A stretch of 64,000 nucleotides of DNA from Octopus sinensis. Its lineage: Eukaryota. Location of the stretch: the NCBI RefSeq assembly GCF_006345805.1, contig NW_021832126.1:124001-188000 (forward strand). The letters run 5' to 3'. This document shows positions 1-10,866 of the stretch, one piece after another (position 1 is the stretch's first letter; the number at the start of each line of letters is the position of its first letter). Under the pieces are notes generated by a model. That model ran no database searches and had not been told where the DNA came from. It saw only the letters and a program-made list of their open reading frames with translations. The translations under genes were made by a program, and so were the position numbers.

Positions 1-760
1 TACAAGACTCTTGGAATCGAAAAGTGGACATGTTCAGGGCATACATTCTGAGATATCGAGCTTGCTTTATTTTTGAGTGTTGGATTGATTTGTAGGTGAC
101 CTGCTATCTTATATTTGAGGGGTTTCTGCGTGAACCACATTTTAAACACACCACCAAAAAAAATGTTTGCCAAAAGGTACTGCGAGTCACTCCCAGTCCT
201 TCCACACAGCTCGACTAAATATTCCACCATGACTGTCAGTATATCCCAGACTGAGGTCGAACTACTGAGGAGAAAACAGACTTTTCTTCTAAAAAGTCGC
301 TTTAGTCTCATTTTTATATTTTGGCAAAGGTTGAAAGTAATGGTTATGTCTGAGGAGGAAAGACAGGACCGCTCAGTTGGATGTCGCACTCGACATGTTG
401 AAGGAGGCAGTTCAGATAATTAAAGACATCCCTCTGTAATATCGGTCTCTTGATGTAACGTGGTCTGTTTACTGTGCCTAGTGTACTGTGCTTGTCCATG
501 TGATGTCCTTTCTGATCACTGATGTTGTGCGCGTGGCTAATAAAGAATTCACACGAGGATCTACGAGAGACTGCCTGAGGTGGTTGAAAGGAAGAAGGAG
601 TTGGTTCGGTCTGAGTTCTACTCTCGAAACAGACAGCAAGTTCAACTGTTCAATCAGGCATGTTTGGGATTGATCTTTTAGTTTGTTAGAAGATACTGGC
701 AAGGCTGTTTTCCAGGGGTCACAAATATTGTCCGAATTCACGAAATAAATATGTTTTGAT
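1..760 (+). CDS. Partial uncharacterised spliced gene or pseudogene, 5' end outside the window; includes a segment duplicated from 7636-7916
   Basis: GC-richer coding-like sequence with protein-like frames (e.g. HTRIYERLPEVVERKKELVRSEFY). No family recognised. Confidence 0.3.
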
Positions 761-897
761 GAAGAAAAGTGAAGTGTCGTAATTTTTTCGCTTTTTTGTT
801 TATTTTTGGTTATTTAATTGTGCATTTAATGGTTTTTTGGCTAGTTTGTGTGTGGTGATTTTGCAGTTGGCTCATCTGTTTTTTTATTTGTCTGAAT

Positions 898-979
898 TTA
901 TTTTTATTTTATTGAACCAGAAAACCACCGTAATAGCCAAAAGAAAGAAGAATTCAGGTGATCCCAGCCTCCCTCCCTC
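898..979 (-). mobile_element. Extremely 5'-truncated non-LTR 3' end ('family Y') with 12-bp TSD
   Basis: Reverse complement of 16465-16533 (end of ORF ...REAGIT*, 3'UTR, AATAAA-type tail). Flanked by ATTTGTCTGAAT at 886-897 and 980-991. Confidence 0.75.
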
Positions 980-1084
980 ATTTGTCTGAATAACACAAAA
1001 TGACACGATCGGTCCTGAAAAGACCCCTAAAATGAACATTTAACATTTTTAAAACAAAATGAATTAATTAAGTTAATATTATTT

Positions 1085-1449
1085 GGTATAAAAACCAACC
1101 ATTGTACCAAAGAGGATCTATAATATTGGACAGCATTGACGACTTGTTAATTCTGAACGACCGGAACAAACATGCACGAACTCCTTCCAGAAATGGTGAC
1201 TTCCAAACGTCACCTGATATAACTCTAGCTGCCCTATCCATTGCCCAAACAATCACGTGGGACGTTATTTATGATTTACATACAGATCATAATCCAATAC
1301 TCTTGAAAGTCCAAGGAGAACACAAGATGAATAGAACTTGTAATACTTTTATCAACTTCTCACGTGCGAATTGGCTTGGGTACACGTATTTTATTGAAGA
1401 CTCTTTAATATCTTTCCGGGTAGAGAACTTTTTCTGCATGAGCAAATAA
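1085..1449 (+). mobile_element. APE-type LINE fragment (C-terminal part of the endonuclease)
   Basis: ORF 1102-1449 has SPDITL...TDHNPILL...NFSRANW, matching the APE D-x-T / SDH motifs and the following NF-x-x-ANW linker. Confidence 0.7.
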
Positions 1450-1489
1450 GCATAAATAGAAACAAATTGGACAACCGCTACACGCCCAT

Positions 1490-2235
1490 ACTGCTAAAAA
1501 TATATATCTTAGCAAAGACAAAGAATATATTATCAGTAAAATAAGCGATAAAGATGTTAAACGAATGGAAATGATTTTGTCGTCTTATATTCTTGTGAAT
1601 TGACTTGTGATTATTTATTTAGATTGTTCTGCAATACCAACATTCATTTTTGCCTCAATACTTGGGAGTATATAGCTATAAGGTTTTATTTTGAGCTTAA
1701 AGGCTTGAAAGTCACCTTTAGAGTATTTTTCTGTGAGAAATAACATTTTTTCCCCACGGAATCACATCGACAAGGAATATAAAGTGAACCTGACCAATCC
1801 TGAAAAAATCTTTTCTGACGAGTACAAAAACGGGCTATTTTTGAAAGAAAGTTGCCGAAATCTATTTTTTAAAACTCTGGAGCGAGACACAGAGGTATTT
1901 ACATGCTCATATTTGCAGTTCCTCGCTAGTTTTGACATTGCTGGTTATAGTTTGCTTATTGGAATTAAAAAGTCTGACGTGAGTGAGGTTAATTTAATTA
2001 TTAAGTTTAGTTTGACAAGTCGAAACTGAATTTTATGAACATTGGGAATTCTCCAATACCAGCATGGACAGAATCTGGAGTCAAGTTTATATTTTTTGCA
2101 GATTGGATGATATTCTTGGTTGTCGGGAAAAATTTAGTTGTATCTTGAACCCAAAAACTAAAAAAAGCATTGTATATAAAGATAAATTGAACACATATTT
2201 GAAATCAATTTTTAAAATATATAAAGCAGAATAAT
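1490..2235 (+). pseudogene. Phosphatidylinositol phosphate kinase (PIP4K/PIP5K family) catalytic domain, frameshifted
   Basis: Spliced translation gives SKDK-EYIISKISDKDVKRMEMIL, FLPQYLGVY, FELKG, KTLERDTEFLASFDIAGYSLLIGI and LDDILG. Two apparent 1-nt frameshifts indicate a pseudogene or assembly errors. Confidence 0.6.
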
Positions 2236-2570
2236 ATTACAATTTGACCCAATAATTTTTTGTTCCACATCAAATATACTTTTCAAAATATTCTAAAAAA
2301 ATAGTTATCAGTAGATTTTGGTTTTGATATTATTACACCGGAGGTCTCTTATAGACGTAATTAAGATTTTAAAATTGATCCACTCTTTGAGATTGGAGTG
2401 GTTTTTTTCGTTTTTTGAAGATGGGAAGGGGTAATAAAAAGACAATCTGAAGTGATGCAAAAATTTTTGGTTATCAATGTGGGAAATTTTGGAATTCGCG
2501 GTTTTCTAAAGTTTGATAAGAATTAAGAAAATTTATGTTTATTGAATAAATCAACAGTTTATAAAATAAT

Positions 2571-3690
2571 TTAATTCCTCCGGAAATTAAGAGATTTGGG
2601 GATAAAGCAACAAAGAATAATAATTAAGAGGATGAAAAACGCGATTGAAGTAAAGGCAATCAATGATCCAACAACCTTGCCAATCCCAACATTAATTGAT
2701 ATAGCAGCAGCATATATACTGTCAAATGTAATCGTAGACAACGCCCTAAACTCAAAAATCATAAAACTCACCGAAACACACAGGACAGTGACAAACTAAT
2801 TCCGTTGATGCTCCCCACGCAATCCATTTTCACGGAATTATTAACTAGCAACCCCACACAGCTGCTGTTAATATTCCCACATATTTTAACGAAAATGTAC
2901 AACACATAGAGCAGGACATATCCCCCCACTGTGTATTCCTTTTCCCACAGTATATATGTCACTGGAAAGGCCAGAACTAAGGGAAACAAAATCAAATGAC
3001 TTGTTTTTATCGACTAAAAATAGTTTCACTGCCAAACCTGAATAACGCTTATTTTATGAATAAGTTGAGTAAAGACGAATATATAAATTACGACAGAAGG
3101 CAAAGAGGAGTACAGTCTGTACCAAAACATTATAATACTCGTAAATTTAGTTAAAATATAACTCTATTTTCACAAATATCCATTTTTATGACTTAATTTT
3201 TTACATCCAAATTCAAATTTACTTTCTTTAACTATTTAAAAAATTATTTGATTTTACGAGATCACTGGTTGGGGTGATACAAATTGTCATGTACCATAAC
3301 ATTATAATAATTTTTGTCATGTACCATAACATTATAATAATTTTTATATTTTTCATACAAAAACAAATTTATTTTAAATTTAACACGTTATTATTTAATT
3401 GACATGGGACGAAAAAGCGACTAAGGAACGTGCCAATGTCCCGACTGCTTAATCCCAGTCCCCCTGAACACGTTGAAGGCAATCAATCAACCGGAAGAGT
3501 TCGTGGTGGACAGGAAAATGATGAGAAGCTCGTCCACCCCGATTGAGGCCAGTGAATAGACCATGTAAATTACAAGCGAAATTGCAGTTTTTTTGGATCT
3601 AAAATAGCAGTTTTATAACAACTTAAATATTATAGCCATGGCTTCACACGTGGACATGTGGGTCTCGTTTTGATGACTAACTTTTTTTTG
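2571..3690 (-). CDS. MFS transporter, ZIFL/MFSD10-like, C-terminal half
   Basis: Exons give YSLASIGVDELLIIFLSTTNSSG|GLGLSSRDIGTFL and GLLVNNSVKMDCVGSINGISLSLSCVFR|ALSTITF. Tiny GT-AG introns. The 5' part was not located. Confidence 0.6.
3284..3345. repeat. Tandem duplication of a ~32-bp unit
   Basis: TTGTCATGTACCATAACATTATAATAATTT occurs twice, inside an MFS intron. Confidence 0.8.
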
Positions 3691-3719
3691 ATTACTAAAC
3701 TTTATTAACAAACCACGCC

Positions 3720-3940
3720 GAAAAGATCAAAATATTCTTCGCTCGCGGAGCGTTACGGCAATCGCCCTGGAGATCGCTGGAGCTGCGGGAAAAGAGACTG
3801 ACTCGTTCCTTAAAGAGATCGGGCAGTCCATTGGGAGGAGACTCAAGGACACGAGAGAGGGTCTCTGGTTCCGCCAGCGCATCGGTCTGGCCATTGTTTG
3901 GGGCAACGCACACTGCGTCCTTGCCGCTGGTTTAATTTTT
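3720..3940 (+). mobile_element. CRE-type RLE non-LTR retrotransposon 3' fragment
   Basis: Translates to ALEIAGAAGKETDSFLKEIG...WFRQRIGLAIVWGNAHCVL, the RLE C-terminal motif. Confidence 0.75.
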
Positions 3941-3985
3941 TCGTTTGATATAAATGAGTCATGATTTTTTTCAAATATTTTAAAA

Positions 3986-4098
3986 TTAACTTGGAAATCC
4001 CATATTGAATTTGGAAAATCCCACTTTGAACTTAGAAATCCCATATTGAACTTGGAAATCCCACTTTGAACTTGGAAATCCCATATTGAACTTGGAAA
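3986..4098. repeat. 20-bp minisatellite with two alternating variants
   Basis: CCATATTGAACTTGGAAATC and CCACTTTGAACTTGGAAATC alternate for about 5.5 units. Confidence 0.85.
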
Positions 4099-4185
4099 GG
4101 TATGGATGAACGCAAATTTGAGCTCAATACAAGGATGAACACAAGTGATATTTATGAATATACCAACGTGTTAAATTGATAAAAA

Positions 4186-4850
4186 TGTTTCGAATGGTAG
4201 CTTTGAATTTTCTAATTTCGTCTTAGAATGAGATAAGTAGGACAACTGTGGTGGCCCTATCCTATTTTGGAGGGGTTGTTCTTGCTGCAGATAGCAGAAC
4301 AACCCAAAATCCGAATACTCCGAACGAAACCTGTAATAAATTGTTGAACTAACAAATTAGATAACAACAGTAAAAAGAAAATATTTCGAATTACGATCAA
4401 CTCGATTGTAGGGTTCTCGGGGAACATGTATGTTTGTGAAATATTGTTGGATGCATGTCGTTCTAAATATTTTTCTGATTAATTTGTTATTTAGATTCGC
4501 CCATCATGTCGAACCATGGAATTTAGCAATGTTCATTAAAGGAATTTTGGCAAACTTCCAATTCTATTGTCGGTATATTTTATTTTTTTTATATTTTTAG
4601 GGCGTGGTTCTTGTATGCATTTATAACGGTAGAATCTACACACTTAGGATTGATTCCTTTACATTTGTAGACAAATTAAATTTCCCGGAGAGGATATTCA
4701 GACAGTATTTTTGTATAATTATTGGCAGTTACCCCAGAGGATTTATAACGCAAAGTGAGGCGATTAAAGTAGCCCACGATGCAATAAATTATGCTGCGCA
4801 AAAGGACCGATTCATGGGAGGATTTTCCCAAAGTATATTTTAATAAATAA
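4186..4850 (+). pseudogene. Divergent catalytic-type 20S proteasome beta subunit, with lesions
   Basis: MFRM|NEISR-TTVVALSYFGGVVLAADSRTT...CNK places Thr1, Asp17 and Lys33 correctly. The C-terminus is AHDAINYAAQKDRFMGG. A frameshift and a stop follow K33. Confidence 0.6.
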
Positions 4851-6707
4851 TATCTTAGTTTACACAATATCTTCATCTGGGATTAGTTTAGTGGGGGTAA
4901 CCCGACTAAACTAATTGAAAACAAAAGATTTTCCAAACAATTCTGCGGGATTCTCGGGAGATGTGAAGCTAATACACGAATTAATGTATTATCAATATAA
5001 AATACACCCAGTGTTATTTACATCTGGAGTACAGTAAAAAATATGAGAGAAAAATCAATCAAGGTTGTGTACTTCCTCGACAACAAGCATTTTTATTGAT
5101 TTTCGTGGATCACGTTATAGCCAGAAAGTAGAGACGCCAAAAAAAGACAGATCAAATACTTAATTTTTCTGGATGTCTGCTATTGATTGATTTTAGTTTT
5201 ATTTGATTCTTTTTTGATTCCTCGTTATTTTTAATAAATTTCTTGTTAATAGATAAATCAGAATAAAAATAGAGTAAAAAAATTCAAATAGATATAAAAA
5301 AATCATTATAAAAATGTCAAAATAATAAGAGATTGACTTTTAAGGAATAAAATCAAAAAAATGATGAAAATGATAAAATTTCAAATTCTGTAATCAGGAA
5401 ATGAAAGTTCATAAAGATTTATTCCTTACAAATCAAATTAAATAAGAATGTAGAAAAGTACACATAAAATACCAACAAACTAAGTCAACCACATGTATCA
5501 ACGTGTTAATATTTATTAGGCTTATCTTTAAAAATAGGTTAACCATTTGTGTAATGATTTTAATTTTAATAAATATAAATTTTATTTATATTTTCGAGAA
5601 GCTTCTCCTACCAATGTTAGTGAGAAATTGAATCACAACCTAGCCGACGATTCCTGAGGTCTCTATAAACTTGGAACTCTGTCTCTGGATTGTCAATTTT
5701 ATAAAGAACCATACCTTTACCTACGACCTGAGTATCACAAAAGAGCATTCTTAAAATAAGTTGATGACCAGAAATTATTTTAAAAAAGTTGATGACATTT
5801 CATAAAACGATCAAGCCACCTTACTGGAAGCTTTAAAATCGGATAAATATACAATTTAGACTGTCCTTAGTAAAATTTAAAATCAAGAGCCGCAGAATGT
5901 ATCCCGAATGCCTTTGGGATCTTTACAAGAATATATCTTCACTGACTAATTGAGGGTACATATAGTGGAAAATCCGTAGTTCTCGGCGCTCTGATGTGGG
6001 GATTTTAGCCTAAGCGAGTTCTTGATAACTGCAAACATTTTACTGATTTAACTCATCAATTGAAATTTCCTGAACTTTATTAATGTCCCTAGCATATTGA
6101 AGACAAATTCCTAAACTCATACTCATATTGTAAAAAATTTTGTGATCTGCAAAGACGGGTGCTACATCTCTTATAGGCCATATAATATCCCGAAATTTTT
6201 AAGACTGTTAAGGATTCGCTCTAATCAGAATCCAATCCGACACGGAATCAAACGATTAACACTGAATCCTTATAAAATATACACATATCTTTACTTTAAA
6301 GTGATTAAATCTCCATTTCTAATTCAGCAGGTAAGAAAAAAACTAAAAATCAACGGAAAAGCATGCGTCTTTATTTAAACAGATAAAAATGCTTGTTTTT
6401 TTGCAAGAAAACGCATTTTCTCCACTTAATTATAAGAAATCGCCAACAGCTTTTTCTTCTACAACTTTCCGGACTTCTTTTGACCCCAATCTCTGAATCG
6501 GAGTACTCACAAGACCCAGTAAAGAGCATTCTCTAGAAAACCCACACTCAAATCTACAATTGCTTCTATTTGACTGGTCGTTGTATAAACTGTAATTACC
6601 TTATTTGGTTCTTATTTCGTTCATTCGGTCTTTTGGATTACATGGAATCTACAAGCGATTAATTTTTTAATTTCTAAAATATACAACATTAATTAATTTT
6701 GTAGCAT

Positions 6708-8013
6708 ATGATGTCTCGATGTGGCGACCAGTAGGACAACCTATAATTAGTCTATGCAAGTCTCTGCCCCCAAACACTGTGATTTTTGACGGACGGTGAT
6801 CACACTCGTTTATTTGTAGGGTCAATTTCGAGATTACCACGGCTTCTGTTCAAATAGGGAATAAAAGAATGGACCACTTTGCTGCAAACTTGCCAGTCTC
6901 AACTCCCTCCAATCGACCTCAGATGACTGACACAGTCTCACTCATCCAAGAAGCGTTTTCACAACTTGTACTTCTCAAATTTTACTAGATGGGCAAACTG
7001 GATGGCTGGGGAGACTTTGTTGAATTCTGTTTTAACCATTCCTGGACTTTTAGAACAGCCGACTGTCCATTCCAGTCTTTTCCTCCATTTTTTGAACGTT
7101 TATAAGTCGATTGTGTCATTTCTATGTAATCTGGCGACAGTGGTGAATTATACGAATATTGTCTCCCTTCTTTTTATATTTTAGGATGTATTGCCCGACC
7201 ATTTGCTTTGGTCACCACAAGAGAACAGTCTCCATTATTCACTCGAGTTTATTGGAGAATATATTCGCGAATCGGGAAACAGCGAGGTGAGTTTTTTTTG
7301 CATATTTGAGGACGAGGGACAACTCTTTCTTTTCAATTCACTTTCAGTTGTGAAAGATTTGGCCTTATTCGCAGGCCAAACTAATAAAGTCTAAGTTCTG
7401 TGCCAATCAGACAGATTGACTTGTTATACTTTGAATCGCCAGCATTCGAAAAAATAGTCAAGTCGATCACTGACAGTCTTCTCCTGCTGGTCGGGAATGA
7501 GGGAACTAAGGGTCACTATTTCGTGTTGTATCGGAGTTGTGATTTACACGGATTATTGATTCTTCCCAACTCGGATACGACGGCTCTTCATTCTTTTTGG
7601 TGGCTGACTGTATTATAAATCTGATTAATGCATGGTCTTCCAAAATGTCGCTTTAGTCTCATTTTTGTATATTTTGCCAAAGGTTGGAAGTAATGGTTAT
7701 GTCAACAGAACAGAATGTCTGAGGAGGAAAGACAGGACCGCTCAGTTGGATGTCGCACTCGACATGTTGAAGGAGGCAGTTCAGATAATTAAAGACATCC
7801 CTCGGTAATATCGGTCTCTTGATGTAACGTGGTCTGTTTACTGTGCCTAGTGTACTGTGCTTGTCCATGTGATGTCCTTTCTGATCACTAATCTTGTGCG
7901 CGTGGCTAATAAAGAAGCGAGGCCGAATATAATCCTCGTGTATGATGCTTAGAATGTCGAGTTGGGAACAGGACTGGTCTTATTTGTAAAACTTGGACTT
8001 GTTGATACTACTT
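6708..8013 (+). CDS. Uncharacterised multi-exon protein gene
   Basis: Several 20-26 nt GT-AG introns join open exons in frame (e.g. GQTNK|IDLLYFESPAFEK). The family is not recognised and the 3' structure is unresolved. Confidence 0.45.
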
Positions 8014-8031
8014 AATTGTCTTTTTATTTAT

Positions 8032-8725
8032 TCAAGAATCAAGAATGTGACCCTCCTCTAAAATCCCAAAAGTGACGACAAAGAATTTGAACTTTGAATA
8101 TCCGCGTGTCCGTGTCTGAATATAAACCAAAACAACCTCGAATTGGTCGAAAATGTCTCGATGGAAGTGATAGGCATGGAGGAATATTCGACTCAATCTC
8201 CTGTATGCCGAGTCAATTTTCCTGACCGACTGAACCACCGGAGATTGGTCCCCGAAAATGAGAGGATTAGTCAGAAATGAACTCGTGGAGGAAAGCGTGT
8301 GAATGCAATAGTCGATGGCCGAACACAAACCAATAATAGCACGAGACTTACTTTCCGTGTCACTTGGTGTGCAGAACAACGGAAATAGCACTTGGAGGGG
8401 GAAATCATTTCAGGGCAGGTGGAAGAAGAACATTCCTCCATGAGCAGGGTAGTGAGATCGCCGAGTGAAATCATGAATTGTCTAAAATATAGAAATAAAA
8501 GGACTTTAAATTCGCATACTTCCAGGAACCCAAGTCACAAACAGCAGGAATTTGGTATTGTAGGGCAATGTCTTGATAGTTTGACCTGCAAAGTAGAATC
8601 TGATGTGCATTCATTTCTGGACATTCATTTTCCATCCATGAGTTCCAGTACTATTAACTGAGTTAGTATTTCTCTACTTTTCTGCACGTTCCTGTATAGT
8701 TCTGGGCCTTCTTCACCTGACACAT
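8032..8725 (-). CDS. MOB4: MOB-like protein phocein
   Basis: WKYANLKQFMISLGDL, EECSSSTCPEM, CSAHQVTRK|CSAIDYCIHTL and YRRLSRIFLHAYHFHRDIFDQFE align to MOB4. Four introns of 21-27 nt. Confidence 0.9.
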
Positions 8726-9410
8726 AAGACTAACACTCAATTATATTTTATTTATTAAATAAATAGTCATCAAACAGAAAAGTGGTTGGGTTAAATTTAC
8801 CAATTTTTGAAGAGACTTTTCGTAAATAAATGGCCTATGCTTAGCACCTCTTAAAAGAACTGCCTGAGATGAAAGAGATATTTCTCTTTGATCCCTCTTG
8901 GGGAATGGCTGACAACATAAGACAGTTACATCAATCCTGCCATATTTTGCACAATTTGTAGAGGCAGTGAAGAAAACCTCTCTATTTATGAGCTTAGAGG
9001 AGTGAAAAAATTGCTTCTTAGATAGCCTCTGGGAGGACGAGTTGAGAACTTTAATAATGTAAGAAATAGAGTCAAAGGCTTATCCTTTGGTACGTATTTT
9101 CGGTGTAAGATGTCAAAGCCTGAGGACGTTTTAGACCAAAGATGGAAAAACTGATTTGTTGGGAATACTCAATGATTCAATGAGCAATTGAACAGTTTAC
9201 TTATTCTTTCCTAAAATAGATAATTTTATGTCCAACTTATAGATGAGTAAGATGGTCCCCACTGAGGTTAGAATTTTTCTGGAAAGGAATTTGGATTCCA
9301 TCCAAAAATTAGTTAACAACCTGAAGGAATTTTCCAAGGAGTAGACAAAGTGTTTGGGAAGGTTTTTTAATCCAGTTTGTTTCAACTGTGATGGACAGGT
9401 AGATATAAAC

Positions 9411-10617
9411 CAGTGGTTCTCAACGGTGGGCGATTCGCCCCCTAGGGGCGATTTTTTCTGCCAGGGGGGCGATGGCTGATTGCTAATATTTGAAAAATTA
9501 AAATTTTATGTTAGAAGTCGATAATCTTTGAAAAAATAAAGATTTATAATCGAGTCTAATAATATTTATTAATATACGATATTTTTATTATATTTTTTAA
9601 ATTTCTAAGCGTGATTTCTAGTTATCTTTATGGGTCGTGTTCAAAAAAAAGTCAGAATGTATAAAGATGAATATATTTCTCTTGGATTTATTAAGATCCT
9701 AATAAACCACTTTGTCTTCAATGTGGTACAATTTTTTCGAATGAGGCAATGAAACCGTCTCGTTTGATTGAACATTTAAAGCGAAAACATCATAATTCAA
9801 TTGGAAAAAAGCCAGACTTTTTTCAGAATTAAAAAAGAATTTTGAAAATAAAAACACCTTACCGTCAATATCTCAAAATGTCTCTGGATTATCTTATTCA
9901 TATAAAGTTGCAGAGATAATCGCAAAAACTGGTTGCATTATTATTTTAATTTATAGGTAATGCCCATTCGATTGCAGAAAATGTCATCCGTCCTTGTTTA
10001 AATTTATTTATAAACGATATCTTACAAAAAGATTCTTCAAATATTATGAAGACTATTCCATTAAGCAACGACACTATACGAAGAAGAATCGTGCGCAACT
10101 GATGGCGCAATGGCTATGGTTGGAAAATATCATGATTAATCCTTGGTTGCCCATTCATTATGATTCTGATGATGAATGTCAAGAAGAATTAATAGAACTA
10201 AAAAACGACGAAGAACTGAAAATAAAATTTAAAAATGAAAACCTGACACAATTCTGGGGAGAAAAATCTATAAAAATGAAATTCCCGAAATTATTGGAAA
10301 AAATGATGCCAATAATATTATGTTTTCCTACGTCATACTGCGTAGAGAGAGGATTCAGCACTCTGCTCTGAATAGTATGATCGGAAAAAAAGAAACAAAC
10401 TAAATATAGAAGAAAGAGGCGACATTAGAATTACACTTACGAAAAGAAGTACAAATTTTGAAAAACTTGTCAATCTTCATCAACCACAAGGATCTCATTA
10501 AAACTCTTATTTTTTAAATAAAAATTTTTACTAATGAAATAAGGGGGCGATATAAAAATTGGAGGAGCGAAAAAAATTCCAAGGGGGCGATACAAAAATA
10601 AAGGTTGAGAACCACTG
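9411..10617 (+). mobile_element. Internally deleted hAT (Buster/Charlie-like) transposon
   Basis: TIR CAGTGGTTCTCAAC / GTTGAGAACCACTG. TSD ATATAAAC. BED-finger remnant and dimerisation motif CFPTSYCVERGFS. 25-nt intron at 9932-9956. Confidence 0.92.
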
Positions 10618-10866
10618 ATATAAACTATGGACACTTAAATGAAATTTAACAAAATTGTGAATTGGGAAATTTAAATTTGGCTAACTTGAGAAATGGGCAG
10701 ATCATAAACAGAACAAGTCTTTAATGTGTCACGCGACACCTATGGGCAGCCTGTTACATTAACCTTGAACTAAGATTTACTTCAATTAATTTTATTTTAT
10801 TACAATTACAAAAAATAAAATTCTGATAAGTTTTTTTTCGAATTGTTATTAAATTTTTAAATAGAT

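Noticed and set aside
550-560. Inverted 10-mer ACACGAGGAT shared with ~7940
   Set aside because: Too short to distinguish from chance.
3986-4098. CRISPR-like array
   Set aside because: Contiguous repeats with no unique spacers, no cas genes and a eukaryotic context. The same applies to 19195-19392.
5600-6680. Possible minus-strand gene with several GT-AG-like segments
   Set aside because: No stop-free spliced frame or recognisable motif could be built.
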